This document shows positions 9,870-23,242 of a stretch of 64,000 nt of DNA, piece by piece (position 1 is the stretch's first letter; the number at the start of each line of letters is the position of its first letter). The position numbers and the translations under genes were made by a program. The notes under the pieces were generated by a model that saw only the letters and a program-made list of their open reading frames with translations, was not told the DNA's origin and ran no database searches. Location: the NCBI RefSeq assembly GCF_006345805.1, contig NC_042999.1:8990001-9054000 (forward strand), given 5' to 3'. Source of the DNA: Octopus sinensis. Taxonomy: Eukaryota.

Positions 9870-12677
9870 TCACACGCCTGGCTATACCAAGCACAGAGAA
9901 GGAACCCTGCCCACCACTATGCAAGACCACCACGATCAACAGACACGGGATGGCCTCCCCTAACGCCTGCACAATACTTTTACTAAATATTGGGGGCCTG
10001 TTGCATCAAAATAGAAACAAAATTTCTTTCCTGAGAGATCTTACTGCATGCAATCAAGCCCTATGCATAGCACTCGTGGAAACTTACCTCAGCCCTGATA
10101 TAGAGGACACAGAAATACACATACCAAACTATGCCATACTGCGAACAGACAGACGGGAAAGGAGCCATGGTGGAGTTGCTGTATACATCCGAGATGACCT
10201 CACACCCCAGGTCTTGATGACATACTCAAATTCGGTATGTGACACCTTAATTGTATACATAAGACAACATAATATAGTCATATGCAATACATATTGCCCA
10301 CCGGATGCCCCAAATCACATAGGCAAGTTTGAAGATTGCCTCACAAGAATTAAAGAAATCCTCATGAATCTGGAACACCACGTGACCATATTTCTTATGG
10401 GTGATTTCAACTTCCCCAACGTCAAACGGCCCGAAGGTCTCATACTCTCAGGAATGAATCATTGCAAGCAAGTACAGGTGGAGTCCCTGCTCAACCTCCA
10501 ACGCCTTATTCATGGAGCAAGTTGTACTCAAACCAACTAGGGCGAATAACATTCTGGATCTCTGCTTCACGAACAATATGGACATCATTCATGATGTGAA
10601 AGTGACACCGACATTAGTTTCGGATCACAACATAATAGAGCTGTCTATGTTTGGGCCAAATGTAACCAGAGACATACAGCCTAAAGGAAGCACCCGAAAT
10701 CTCTCCAATCTGAACTTCCACAAAGCAGATTGGAAATCGATCCAAAAAGAGATCCTCTGAGTGGACTGGCCGGAATGTCTCTCCACACCAGACATTGACA
10801 TGAAACTAGAATGTTTCATGTCTTCTGTGCAAGCCGTATGCCAGAAACATGTCCCAGAGAACAAGGTCAAAGCAAATAGGAGCAAGATTCCAAGAGACAG
10901 GAAGATCCTCATGAGACGACATATGAAGGTTGCAAATCGTCTCAACCAACATCCCAAAAGTAGCGAAACGTCCCGCCTAAAAACAACACTGATAGAGATC
11001 GAAAAAAGGCTTCAACAATCCTATGTGAGGGAGAAAGCAGACAAAGAAGCCTGGGTTATAAAAAACATTAAATCAAACCCAAAGGCCTTTTTTCATTACG
11101 CGAAAGAAACAGTCTCAGTGAACTACAAGATAGGACCCCTCCTCCAAAAGGATGGCTCCCTCACAGACAGTCCAACTATGATCAGTGAGATGCTGAATGA
11201 CCAGTTCAAAAGTGTCTTTACCACCCCGTTGGAACACAGACAAGTGAACGAACCAGTGGACTTCTTTGCCGTCTCACCTATAACCAGCGAGGCGGTTACA
11301 ATAGAATGTACTGACATTAGCAAAGAAGATGTCCTACTAGCCATAGATGAAGTGGACACAAACTCAGCTGCTGGTCCAGACGGTTTCCCAGCCATCCTCC
11401 TTAACGTGTGTAAGCATACCCTGGCAAAACCCCTCAAGATTCTCTTCCAGAGCTTTCTTGCGAATGGCAAACTGCCAAGCAAGCTGAAGGAGGGAATAAT
11501 ATACCCAATACATAAAGGGGGAAGTAGAGCAAATGCCAAAAACTATAGGCCTATGTCTCTGACTTTACACATCAGCAAAGTCATGGAACGGATAGTCAGA
11601 AAGAAACTAATCGCATTCCTTGAGGAAAATAACTTGCTGAGTGATACCCAGCATGGTTTTCGACCAGGTAGGAGCTGTCTGACCTTACAACATTATGACT
11701 GGGTGTTGAGGCAGTTACTCAACAAATCAAATGTGGACGTAATCTACCTTGATTTTGACAAGGTGGATCATGGTATGATATGCCACAAACTACGTGTCCT
11801 CGGCATAGCTGGAAAACTTGGAGTGTGGTTACATGACTCCCTGAAAGATAGGAGTTAGGCAGTAGTGGTTAATGGAGCCACCTCTATGAACACACAAATA
11901 GTGAGCGGTGTTCCACAGGGCACTGTCTTGGGACCACTGCTTTTTATAGTGGCCCTCTCAGATATGCCCTCAAACGCCCGGATAGCCACTCTGGCAAGCT
12001 ATGCAGACAATACGAAAGTCTCGCAGAAAATACAGAACTCCAGCGATGTTGCACACCTGCAGCAGGAGTTGGACTCAATCTACAGATGGGCTGAGGATAA
12101 TAATATGCAGTTTAATGCTGAAAAATTCCAGGCCCTGCGCTACCAGCATCCAAAACTGAATATTAAACTTACAGAATACACCAGTCCACAGGGAATTTCA
12201 ATCCCAGAGCCTAAGTCTGTGAGGGACCTGGGTATCGACATGAGTGATGATACCTCTTTCCATGTACACATTACCAGGATGGCGACAAAGTGCAGACGAC
12301 TGGCTGGGTGGATCCTAAGAACATTCAGAACCAGAGATAAGGAAACCATGATGGTCCTCTGGCGGACATTCGTCCTCAGCCGCCTGGATTACTGCTCACA
12401 GCTATGGTCACCCACCAGTGTAAAATTAATAGCGGACCTTGAAGCAATCCAGAGAAGATTCACAAAGAAGATCGTCTCTTTGGAACAGCTCAGCTACTGG
12501 GAAAGGTTGAAACAGCTTAGACTCTACTCCCTGGAGAGAAGACGGGAGAGGTATGCAGTAATATATGTCTGGAAGATCCTGGAAGGAATTGTGCCAAATT
12601 TTGGCATTGTAAGCTACACCAATGCTAGAACGGGGCCGCCCATGCTTAGTGCCAAAGATCCCAGCAATGCCATCACG
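9870..12677 (+). mobile_element. CR1-clade LINE ORF2 (APE endonuclease + reverse transcriptase), disrupted by a frameshift and stops
   Basis: ORFs 9809-10540, 10512-10760, 10761-11858 and 11865-12773. APE motifs LLNIGGL, LVETYL, GGVAVYI, MGDFNFP, LDLCF, SDHNII. RT motifs AAGPDG, NYRPMSL, QHGFRPGRSC, SGVPQGTVLGPLLF, YADNT. CR1-type tail LDYCSQLWSP...YWERLKQLRLYSLERRRERY. Confidence 0.92.
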
Positions 12678-12942
12678 CTTCCAGGATCTTCCAGACGTAT
12701 ATTACTACATGCCTCTCCCGTCTTCTCTCCAGGGAGTAGAATCTTACCTGTTTCAACCTTTCCCAGTAGCTGAGCTGTTGCAAAGAGACGATCTTCTTTG
12801 TGAATCTTCTCTGGATTTCTTCAAGGTCCGCTGTTAATTTTACACTGGTGGTTGACCATAGCTGTGAGCAGTAATCCAGGCGGCTGAGGACGAATGTCCG
12901 CCGGAGGACCATCATGGTTTCATTATCTCTGGTTCTAAATGT
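12678..12942 (-). mobile_element. Inverted duplicate of the CR1 RT C-terminal segment
   Basis: Reverse complement of 12321-12585 with about 13 mismatches counted by eye. ORF 12673-12915(-) repeats TFVLSRLDYCSQLWS...YSLERRRER. Confidence 0.9.
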
Positions 12943-12943
12943 A

Positions 12944-13103
12944 TACGACGGGCTTCTTTCAGTTTCCGTCTACCAAATCCACTCACAAGGCTTTGGTCGG
13001 CCCGAGGCTATAGTAGAAGATACTTACCCAAGGTGCCACGCAGTGGGACTGAACCCGGAACCATGTGGCTAGTAGACAAGCTACTTACCACACAGCCACT
13101 CCT
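12944..13103 (-). mobile_element. SINE family B, 5' half
   Basis: Head and first body segment, abutting the inverted CR1 arm. Confidence 0.8.
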
Positions 13104-13104
13104 G

Positions 13105-13246
<142 letters not shown>

Positions 13247-13821
13247 GTAAGACCTAAGGATGAAGGTGTAGGAAGTAATCTGTAGTAAATATAAAAAAGT
13301 CTTTCAGGGAAAATAGTGGTTTATTGAGATGGAAGGCTGAGGAATTTTTTTGATATCGAAGTACGATAAATTGAAAAAGAGTTCTTTTTTATATTGCACG
13401 GTAGGCGACCAGGGTTGCCGGGTGTGGGAATAAGAATACAAGATTTACGGAATGGAGTAGGTAGGATCCGTTCTACATATGTTTCAAAACGAGGGGAACC
13501 TCAGAAGTGGTAAAATCCAAGTGAGGTGTACGCCGACAGCTACACTTCACGCTAAGGATATCTTGATTAGATTAAAGGTTACATTGTCGCAAGGATGTAT
13601 ATGTTGCGTAAGAAAGAATCAATCAGAATGTGTGGAGAGCAGAGTATGAGAGGAGTACGTAAATGGAGGAAGAAATAAGTATTAGAAGAAGGGGAAGAAA
13701 AGGGAGAAAGAAAAAAATATAAGGGAGTGAGATGATGGAGGAATTTAAGCAGGGTCAATTGACTGGTACTAAACAATGGGCGTAAATGATCAATGTGAGT
13801 GTGTACGTATGAAATGAAGGC

Positions 13822-13874
<53 letters not shown>

Positions 13875-14037
13875 CGTGCGTGCGTGTCAGTTTTTTTAAT
13901 CTGGTTTACATGATTATTGATGTAAATTCGCATGTTGAAATAAACCTTGCTGTCTTTTCAGTAGGTGATTACGCCGATAATGATGACACACGAAGATACA
14001 AGGCTCCATCTTTGGGATGTAGTTAACACAGACAAAT

Positions 14038-14517
14038 TCACATTTGGAACTTGAGAAAAGTCTTGCACATTTTTACTGTTCCACTCACAGATTGCACTTG
14101 TAATGTATGAATTAGCCGGTCGATTTCTCTTTCTGAAAATCCCAGTTTATCCAGATTCTCCTTTAAGTATTTACTAACAAAACCTAGTGCTCCAATTATT
14201 ATTGGTATGGATATGAATTCACTATCTGGATATCGAAGCTGGAGATTTCGGAGCAGTTATCCATAGACATCCTCTTTTCCTTTGATTTTCAAAGAGATAT
14301 CTATTTATATCTGCAGCGCAGCTGATTTTTTACGTTTATTTGAGAACAGCCTTCTTTGCGGATGGCATTGTAAATTGTTTTAGCGACAACATCGTGCCGC
14401 ATAGGGAGGTAGTTACATATGGACATTTTAGGACGGCTGCTAATCACATGCGTGATGTCTCCCACACAAACATGATATTGCCTCACATGCGGTTGCACCT
14501 TCGGATTACAAGAACGT
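14038..14517 (-). mobile_element. 3' fragment of an R4/Dong-type non-LTR element (CCHC region + restriction-like endonuclease C-terminus)
   Basis: Minus-strand translation gives DITHVISS...YLPMRHDVVAKTIY and, further on, PIIIGALGFV...GTVKMCKTFLKF*. Interrupted by stops and a deletion. Confidence 0.7.
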
Positions 14518-14522
14518 CACGG

Positions 14523-14554
<32 letters not shown>

Positions 14555-14599
14555 TGTATGTGTGCAGATTTGTATGTTTTGTTTTATGTATGTATTCTC

Positions 14600-14785
14600 A
14601 TGCATATAGCTGCAAATCTAGGCATGCTCATTTATGTTTAAATGATAAACTTCTATAAAGTTTTACAGATTTTTACAGTTCCAATGATGGATTGGATCTG
14701 CAGTCTTCGAATCAGCTTTCTCCTTTCTAATTTTGAGAAGTCTAATTTCTCAAGATTGGTATTTAGGCAGTGTTTTATATATTCT
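14600..14785 (-). mobile_element. Second, related R4/Dong-type C-terminal fragment
   Basis: ORF 14653-14871(-) ends NLEKLDFSKLERRKLIRRLQIQSIIGTVKICKTL, which parallels the 14038-14517 fragment. Confidence 0.6.
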
Positions 14786-14851
14786 ATGTATGTATGTATG
14801 TATGTATGTATGTATGTATGTATGTATGTATGTATGTATGTATGTATGTAT

Positions 14852-16252
14852 GCACCGACCCTATTTTCCATATATTTCGCGATGGTGTTCTGTAATGCAT
14901 TCAGAAACTGCAGATACGGTGTTTACGTCCATTATCGAACCTCTGGCAGCATATTTAATATCAGGCGCCTTGCTGCAAAAACAAAGGTATTTACCTATAT
15001 CATAAGAGACCTTTTGTATGCTGATGATTGTGAGCTAGTAGCACACACAGAGATTGATATGCAACACATTTTGAATGCATTCTCTGATGCTTGCACTGCC
15101 TTAGGATTGACAGTCAATCTCAAGAAAACTGTTGTCATGCATCAACCTGCCCCTGGTAAGCAGTATAGTGTACCAAATATGGTAAACGACTTGATGTAGT
15201 TGATCAGTTTGTCTACCTGGGAAGCACTATTAATAGATATGGCAATGTGGATGATGAAATTCCATATAGAATTAGGAAAGCAAGTGTTGCTTTCGGAAGG
15301 CTAGAAAAGCGCCTCTGGAGTCGGCGAGACATGCAGAAAGACAAAGATAAAGGTGTACAAGGCATGTGTGCTCCCTTCTCTTCTCTATGCCTGCGAGACC
15401 TGGGTCACATATCGATACCACCTTAAACATCTGGAACATTTCCATCAGATGTGCCTCAGACGGATCTATGGCATTTAGTGGAAGGACCGCATCAGTGATC
15501 TTGAAATACTCGAAGGCTCTCGGTGTGACAGTATAGAAACTCTTGTGTTAAAGCAAAGGCTCAGATGGAGTGGTCATCTGGTCAGGATGAAGGATTCAAG
15601 GATGCCAAAACAACTCTTTTATGGAGAGTTAGCTAAAGGAGAACGACCTCCACATAAACCAAAAAAGAGGTATAAAGACTTGCTGAAGGCTCCCTTAAAA
15701 GATGCTAGCATCTCTCCTGACACATGGGAAGGTATAGCTATTGATCGTAGCAGGTGGAGAAGAATTGTGCATGAGGGGACAGTCACTTTTGAGAAATCTC
15801 GAGTTGCACATGAGAAAGTAAGGAGGGATGGCAGGAAGGGCATCGCTGTTACACTTCCAGAAGGGAAGGGTCTTCCTTTGATGCTGACATGCAATGTCTG
15901 TGCAAGACCCTGCCTCAGTAAAGCTGGACTCAAGAGTCATCTTCATAGTCATAAAGCGAGATAGATGAGTGACAACCTGGCCACTGGTGGTGGTGTTACA
16001 CACCATACTAATCATATCTGTCGGGCATGTGGAAGAGAGTGTAATTCGGCAGGAGGACTTAAACGACATGCAAAGATACATGAAGCCCAGTTACAACTAC
16101 AGCCGGCTATTATCAGTAAAGGTCTTATTTGCCAATTTTGTACAAGACATTGTAGATCTTTAGCTGGGCTAAAAAGTCACATTCGATCACAGCACCAGCA
16201 ACACTTAAGCTTCGTGCAATGGCCATATTCGATAACGAGGGGGCAGCCATCA
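14852..16252 (+). mobile_element. 5'-truncated RTE-clade LINE (RT C-terminal half + three C2H2 zinc fingers)
   Basis: APTLFSIYF...YRTSGSIFNIRRL...LLYADDC...FGL-like LGLTVNLKKTVVM; RLRWSGHLVRM.DSRMPKQLFYGEL. Followed by CNVC..HLHSH, CRAC..HAKIH and CQFC..HIRSQH. Frameshifts and an in-frame stop at 15964. (TATG)n on both sides. Confidence 0.9.
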
Positions 16253-16384
16253 TGTATGTTTTATGTATGTATGTATGTATGTATGTATGTATGTATGTAT
16301 GTATGTATGTATGTATGTATGTATGTATGTATGTATGCACGTATGTATGTATGTATGTGTGTATGTATGTATACCTATAAATTC

Positions 16385-16550
16385 AGGCACGGCTATGTGG
16401 TGGTAAGATGCTTGCTTCCCAACCACATGGTTCCGGGTTCAGTCCCACTGTGTGGCACCTCGGACAAGTGTCTTCTATTCTAGCCTCGGGACGACCAGAA
16501 CCTTTGTCAGTCGATTTGGTAGGCAGAACCCAAAAGCCTGTCTTATATAT
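16385..16550 (+). mobile_element. SINE family B, 5' half
   Basis: Head match. Confidence 0.75.
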
Positions 16551-16714
16551 ATTGCGTGTTTGTTTGTTTGTGCCTTTGTGTGTGTGTTTATAGACATTTA
16601 ATTACAAGGACAGATACATATACGTACACACACAAACACACATGTATGCATGTTATTGTATATGTGTGTATGTGTTTGTAAATATATATATTTACGCACA
16701 CACACATATATATG

Positions 16715-16747
<33 letters not shown>

Positions 16748-16805
16748 GTATATATAAATATATATGTATGCATACATGTATGTGCATGTATATATATATA
16801 TATAT

Positions 16806-16968
16806 TGGCGAAGGAATGGCTGAGTGGTATGTAGCTTGCTTACCAACCACATGGTTCCGGGTTCAGTCCCACTGCGTGACACGTTGGGCAAGAGTTTTCT
16901 ACTATAACCTCGGGCCGACCAAAGCCGTGTGAGTGGATTTGGTAGACGGAAACTGAAAGAAGCCCGTC

Positions 16969-17034
<66 letters not shown>

Positions 17035-17275
17035 GTGTGTGTGTGTGTGTGTGTGTATGTATATGTTTGTGTGTCTGTGTTTGTCCCCCCAACATCGCTT
17101 GACAACCGATACTGGTTTGCTTATGTCCCCGTCACATAGAGGTTCGGCATGAGAGACCAATAGAATAAGTACTAGACTTATAAAGAAATAAATCCTGGTA
17201 TCGATTTGTTCGGCTAAAAGCGGTGCTCCAGCATGGCCGCAGTCAAATGACTGAAACAAATAAAAGAATAAAAAA
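16806..17275 (+). mobile_element. SINE family B
   Basis: Full-length, moderately diverged. Confidence 0.8.
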
Positions 17276-17556
17276 GAATATATATGTGTGTGTATGAATG
17301 TATATGTATATATATGTACATATATATACATATATATATTTATATATACATATATATGTGTATATGTATATGTATGTGTGTATGTGTGCGCGCGTGTGTA
17401 GCATGCCTATACTGTCGATATGATTCTAGTCTAATGGTTTCCGCGATAAGGGAAGAAAATGATATAAAAAAAATTCGAAGTTGTGAGAGGATGTATGGGG
17501 GGGGAAGAGGAAGTGAAGAGGAGAAGAGAGCGGAAACTCTGAGAGGGAAACGAAAT

Positions 17557-17597
<41 letters not shown>

Positions 17598-17694
17598 GAG
17601 TATGGATGGATGGGAAAACAGCTAGAAATTTTGTTATGTATGTATGTATGTATGTGCGTGTGTATAGAGAAAGAGAGAAAGAGAGGAAGGCTTA

Positions 17695-17743
17695 CAGACA
17701 GACAGACAAACAGACAGAAATATAGATAGACATATAGAGAGAC

Positions 17744-17831
<88 letters not shown>

Positions 17832-17943
17832 GGACAGAGATAGACAGAGAGAGAGATAGATAGATGGATAGATATATAGATAGATAGATAGACAGATAGA
17901 TAGACCGATAGATAGACAGACAGGCAGACACTCAGATAGATAG

Positions 17944-18000
<57 letters not shown>
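17695..18000. repeat. (GATA)n microsatellite immediately upstream of the globin exon
   Basis: Direct reading. Confidence 0.9.
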
Positions 18001-18001
<1 letters not shown>

Positions 18002-18280
18002 ACAGTTAGTCAGTCAGACAGGCAGACAGACAGAGATTGAGTTCGGAAGAGAAAAGAGACCCCATTTTAAATAAAATCAAATCAAATAAAATGAAATAAA
18101 ATGGGTCGGATGGGATGTAGAGGTAAAAGAGGGAGTAAGAGAGAGGAAAAGGGGAAATAATGCGAAGTAACAATCTCACCTCCCACTCCTTTTATCATTC
18201 CATTCTTCCCACAATTCCGTGTATTGGGAGAAACCTCCGTGGTGCTCACATTGAGTGTGAGATCGATGCTGTGTTTACAG

Positions 18281-18438
18281 CGAGCGGAGGCCATGGCTGA
18301 CGGACTACCGTACCCCGCTCCACCTCCGCCCACAGACCCACGTCTGCCACTCAGTCCTCTACAGGTGTTTAAACTAAAGAAATCATGGAAAGGTATCAAG
18401 AGATCCATAGAGTTAACCGGAGTCGAAATGTTTGTCAG
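18281..18438 (+). CDS. Coding exon of a globin (neuroglobin/globin-X-like): N-terminal extension plus A and B helices
   Basis: Translates as (RAEA)MADGLPYPAPPPPTDPRLPLSPLQVFKLKKSWKGIKRSIELTGVEMFVR. This fits the globin A helix (LS..Q...LKKSW) and B helix (G-V-E-M-F-V-R = B6-B12). The exon ends AG|GTAAGC at 18438/18439, splitting the Arg B12 codon in phase 2, which is the conserved B12.2 globin intron. Candidate acceptor TTTACAG at 18280 and ATG in GCCATGG at 18293. Confidence 0.85.
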
Positions 18439-19275
18439 GTAAGCAACGAAAAAAAGATGAAACAGAAAACACACTCACCGTCACATTTCGAAACACACCT
18501 GTAAACATTTCGTACAATCACTTCCACCTGCAAACGTGTTTACAAAATCACTATTTCTCTCTCTTCAACTCTCTTCTATTCTCTCTCTCTCTCTCACACA
18601 CACACACTATCCATCTATCTGTCTATCTATTTATATATCTATCTGTCTGTCTATCAATCTATCAATCAATCTATCTATGACATTTCTGTGATACACGATC
18701 CCTGTTGATCGATTTTTTTTTTTTGCTTTCTTATTTCTCTTTCATTTTTCTTTCCCTTTCACGATCCCTTTTGATCGAAAACCTACCCACCTTTTTTTTC
18801 TCCCCAAAAAGAAAAGCACTACCTTGTAATCTGTCCCGTCTGTGTGCAGCCCTGTGTGGCTAATAAAGAAACATTATCTATCTATCTATCTACCTATCTA
18901 TCTATCTACCGATTTATCTCCCTGTTTATCAACCTCTCTCAAGCATACATACATTATATATGATTATATATACATATATGAAGGACACACGCACGCCTCT
19001 CGACATACAGACACAAACATACGAGTCGCATATCAACAACATTAGCTGTTGATATCACTGTCAATGTTGTCTCTACCTACACGGTTTGCTCACTTGCACT
19101 AAAAGATGCGCTGCTATAATAACGCTGTTAAGTTTGATTCGTGCCAGCTTAATAACATTCAATGCAGCCAACGTCTTCATAAATACGAAGAACCATATAT
19201 CTACACCTCAGTTCACTCCGTCCTCGCCTTTCGCTCATATATATATAAAGAATATATATATATATATATTATATA

Positions 19276-19322
<47 letters not shown>

Positions 19323-19404
19323 ATAGGTAGGGAGAGTTTACGAAAAAAACAAAAGACGAAGACAGGTGGTGTACAAAACAAACGTATTAGTATGACGCTC
19401 AGGA

Positions 19405-19488
<84 letters not shown>

Positions 19489-19630
19489 ATTATATATATA
19501 TATTTCGTTAACTCTCTTATATTTATATAATAATTTTTCACTGTCTCCCTGGTTTCTATGTGCCAGGCCACTTGGTGTTAAACTGACGATATTATTAAAT
19601 TAATATCTAATTTTTCACCCTCATTTATGA

Positions 19631-19662
<32 letters not shown>

Positions 19663-20229
19663 ATGTATATATTATACACACACGCACACCTTTTTCCTGC
19701 GCGTTTTTCTATTCGTGTTTCGATCTGTTTCCCTCTTATAGGTATCTGTTGCCAGCCTCCGTTTGTTTTTTTTTTCTTCTTTCTCCATAATTATTATCAG
19801 ATTTCTCTCCATCCATCTCATCTGTTTCACCAGTATAAAATTGTCGTATTTCGTCCACCTGACCAATCCGCCAATATCTGCCTACGTGTGTCATTATTTC
19901 GATCACTCGTTCACCTTCACATCGCACGCGCGCGCGCACTCACACTGTCTCTGCCTTAGTGTTTCTCTGTCTCTCTCTCCCTCTGTCTGTCTATCTATCT
20001 ATTCATCTCTGTTTAGCTATCTAATTATTTACCTGTCTCTCAGTTTGTTTATCTTTGTTATACACACGCACACACACACACATAATTTGAATATATATGA
20101 GTTTATATGCATGTATGTATATACTGGTGTGTGTGTACATTTATGTATTCGATACCCGTAAATACTATTTACCTCTGTATTTTCGAATCATTTTGTAATA
20201 AAAATGCGTATGTATACGCATCACAACAC

Positions 20230-20600
20230 GAACGTTGTCTGCGCATTGTACGTGTGTGTGTGTGTGTAATTAAGTGTGTGTGAGTGAGTGTGTGTGTGTG
20301 AGAGAGTGTGTGTGTGTGTATGTGAGTGAGTGTGTGTGTGTGTAATTGAGTGTGTGTAATTAAGTGTGTGTGTGTGAGAGAGAGAGAGTGTGTGTGTGTA
20401 ATTGAGTGAGTGTGTGTGTGTGTAATTGAATGTGTGTAATCGAGTGTGTGTAATTGAGTGTGTGTGAGTGAGTGTGTGTGTGTGTGTAATCGAATGTGTG
20501 AAATTGAGTGTGTGTGAGTGAGTGTGAGTGAGTGTGTGTGTGTGTAATTGAATGTGTGTAATTGAGTTTGTGTAATTGAGTGTGTGTGTGTGTGTGTGAT
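20230..20600. repeat. Compound (GT)n / GTAATTGA repeat
   Basis: Direct reading. Confidence 0.85.
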
Positions 20601-21159
20601 GCTATATGTGTTCGCTAATTTCTTCGTATGCATGTGTTTTCTTTGCACTCGTATGATTGTGTGGTGTGTGTGTGTGTGTGTCTGTGTGTGTGTGTGTGTG
20701 TGTGTATGTCCGCTTGTTAGAGTGTGTCTGAGTGTTTCTTCTCGCCTGTGTTTATGTCTGTTCATATCAGTGTGTGTGCTTTTCTACATGTAATTATCTA
20801 CCTCCAACGTAGAGTATATTCTTAAATACGTGTGTACGTGTGTCCTTGTTTTCTTAAATGTATTTGCGAGTAATTCCGTGTCATCCATTCGCGAGTATGT
20901 GTCTCTATATTAGTGCGTGCAGGTCAGTTAGTGTGCATTATTGCGTTTGAAAGGCTGTGTATATACGTACAAATGAATGTGTATACATCATCGCCACACA
21001 ACATCATCTGTCCATAGCGACGCGTCTCCTCATGTGCGTGTGTGTCGCTTTAACGATTCCTACCTACCAACTAATTAAGCGCTTACTTTTATTTCCTATT
21101 CCTTCACAATATCTCGTTCTAATTCTGACTGCTTTTCTCTCTTGTCCATCCATCCACCC

Positions 21160-21207
<48 letters not shown>

Positions 21208-21247
21208 CCTATCTATCTCTATCTATCTATCTATCTATCTACACCTC

Positions 21248-21283
<36 letters not shown>

Positions 21284-21284
21284 A

Positions 21285-21325
<41 letters not shown>

Positions 21326-21353
21326 GTCTATCTATCTTCTATCTATCTATCTA

Positions 21354-21384
<31 letters not shown>

Positions 21385-21397
21385 CTATCTTTATCTA

Positions 21398-21447
<50 letters not shown>

Positions 21448-21491
21448 CCGTAAGTATCTACCTACCGACCTTTCTATCTATCTATCTATCG

Positions 21492-21550
<59 letters not shown>

Positions 21551-21575
21551 CATCCATCCAACCATCTATCTATCA
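21160..21575. repeat. (TCTA)n microsatellite
   Basis: Direct reading. Confidence 0.9.
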
Positions 21576-23089
21576 ATCAGTCTGTCATTAGCAGCAAAGC
21601 TAAAATTCCACAATTCCAAGTGCGTTGTTGTTATTGTTGTTGTGGTGGTAGTGGCTGTTACGACCTCCTCCCCCTCAGGTCAGCCGTGATCAATACAGTT
21701 CTCTGATCAAATGTGTTCCAGCCTCAATCAAATCTACATTTTCTTATTGTCGTCATTTTTTGTTTTTGTTTTTTAATTCCGTTCAGGCATAATATATCAA
21801 TGACTACATTAAGAGATGCGACCGTTCTCCTTGATTACTACATGATAGCGCATGATTTTAAGGAGTGTTGAAGCTATTTCTACTAGTAACCACAGAAAAT
21901 CCTCCATCCGCATCAATAGCAACAATTTAGTGTAAACAGTAGAAAGCCAGACTAAATAATGTCTTAATGTATTTAAGTTTATTTAGTTCCATCCCTTCTA
22001 CGCCCCTGGCTCAGGGACACACAGAGCCCCTATATATTGCATTTCTCCGGTGGCGCTTATACATGTACCGAGGTATGTATTGGAGTCGGTGATAACAACA
22101 TCAGGGGTGCGGTTCAGTTAGCCAATGTGTTGTCTCGAGTCAATGAAAGAATGAATCTTATCATTGGAGAATTAAGATTGAATAGAAACGGGAAAAATCA
22201 AATTCATTTCTTTGTCAGTATGTTTACAAAGTTCTGAGTTCAAATTCGGACAGAATCGACTTGGAGATCTTTTCTGTCCTTTTCTCACTTTTCTCTCAAA
22301 ATTTGATATAAAAAACAGAATTGGTATATACTGTTCACTCTTCTCTATTTAAGTTAGTTTTATGCTTAATTAATAAAGGAAAACCTCGACCTGACCATAA
22401 GCGAGTGCGTGGTCATCCAATCTGCTGAAATAGCAGTTAAATTTACTTCATATCACAATCAATACTTTACAAAATGAAAAGGCACGGCGTGGAAAATGTA
22501 CTCCTGGAAAGTCGGTTTGAAAATGGTTAACGTGTTCGTCACGACTGGAACATAAATTTATTTCATCAGGGTTGACATGGGGATATAGAAAAGTGATAAT
22601 TAAACGACAAATTAATTAAATATTCTTAATTTTGACTTGGAACAATTGCTCGAATATGTAGAAGGCAGATACGAGATTTAGCGATAACAGTACAATTTCT
22701 TCTTCGAAGGGTACAGATCTAAATACACAGAAAATATAGAAATATGAATCGAAGACAGGCGACTGGCGGAATATGCCGAAAATGTATACTTAACGACACT
22801 TATAAATATAGATTTCATCTTTAGGTACAAAACCAACTGTTGATATATAAATGACTATAATATAATTGGACTGCATTCACCGCTATTGTTAAACCTGACT
22901 GTAAATAAATGTAAAACAATATCTTTTCTGTAGAGATTTCAGTTGAGGAGAAATGAGTTAATGTAATAATTTCTATGATAGTTCTAGTTTAGCATTTGAC
23001 CATTTCGGGTCTTTCAATGTTTCAAAGCAATATTGATTCTTATGTTTGGCAAAAGTCCGTGAATTATATTCTTTTCTACTCTAGGCACA

Positions 23090-23242
23090 AGGCCCGACAT
23101 TTTGTGGGGTTGGGGAAGCCAGTCGATTAGATCGACCCCAGTACATAACTGGTACCTAATTTATTGACCCCAAAAGGGTGAAAAGCAGAGTCAACCTCGG
23201 CGGAATTAGAACTTAGAATGTAAACACAGACGAAATACCGCG
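23090..23242 (-). mobile_element. SINE family A fragment
   Basis: Matches 400-560. Confidence 0.7.

Noticed and set aside
13255-13700. Decayed Penelope RT fragment on the minus strand (PGNPGR-like peptide)
   Set aside because: Only a six-residue resemblance amid stops and frameshifts, which cannot be supported without a profile search.
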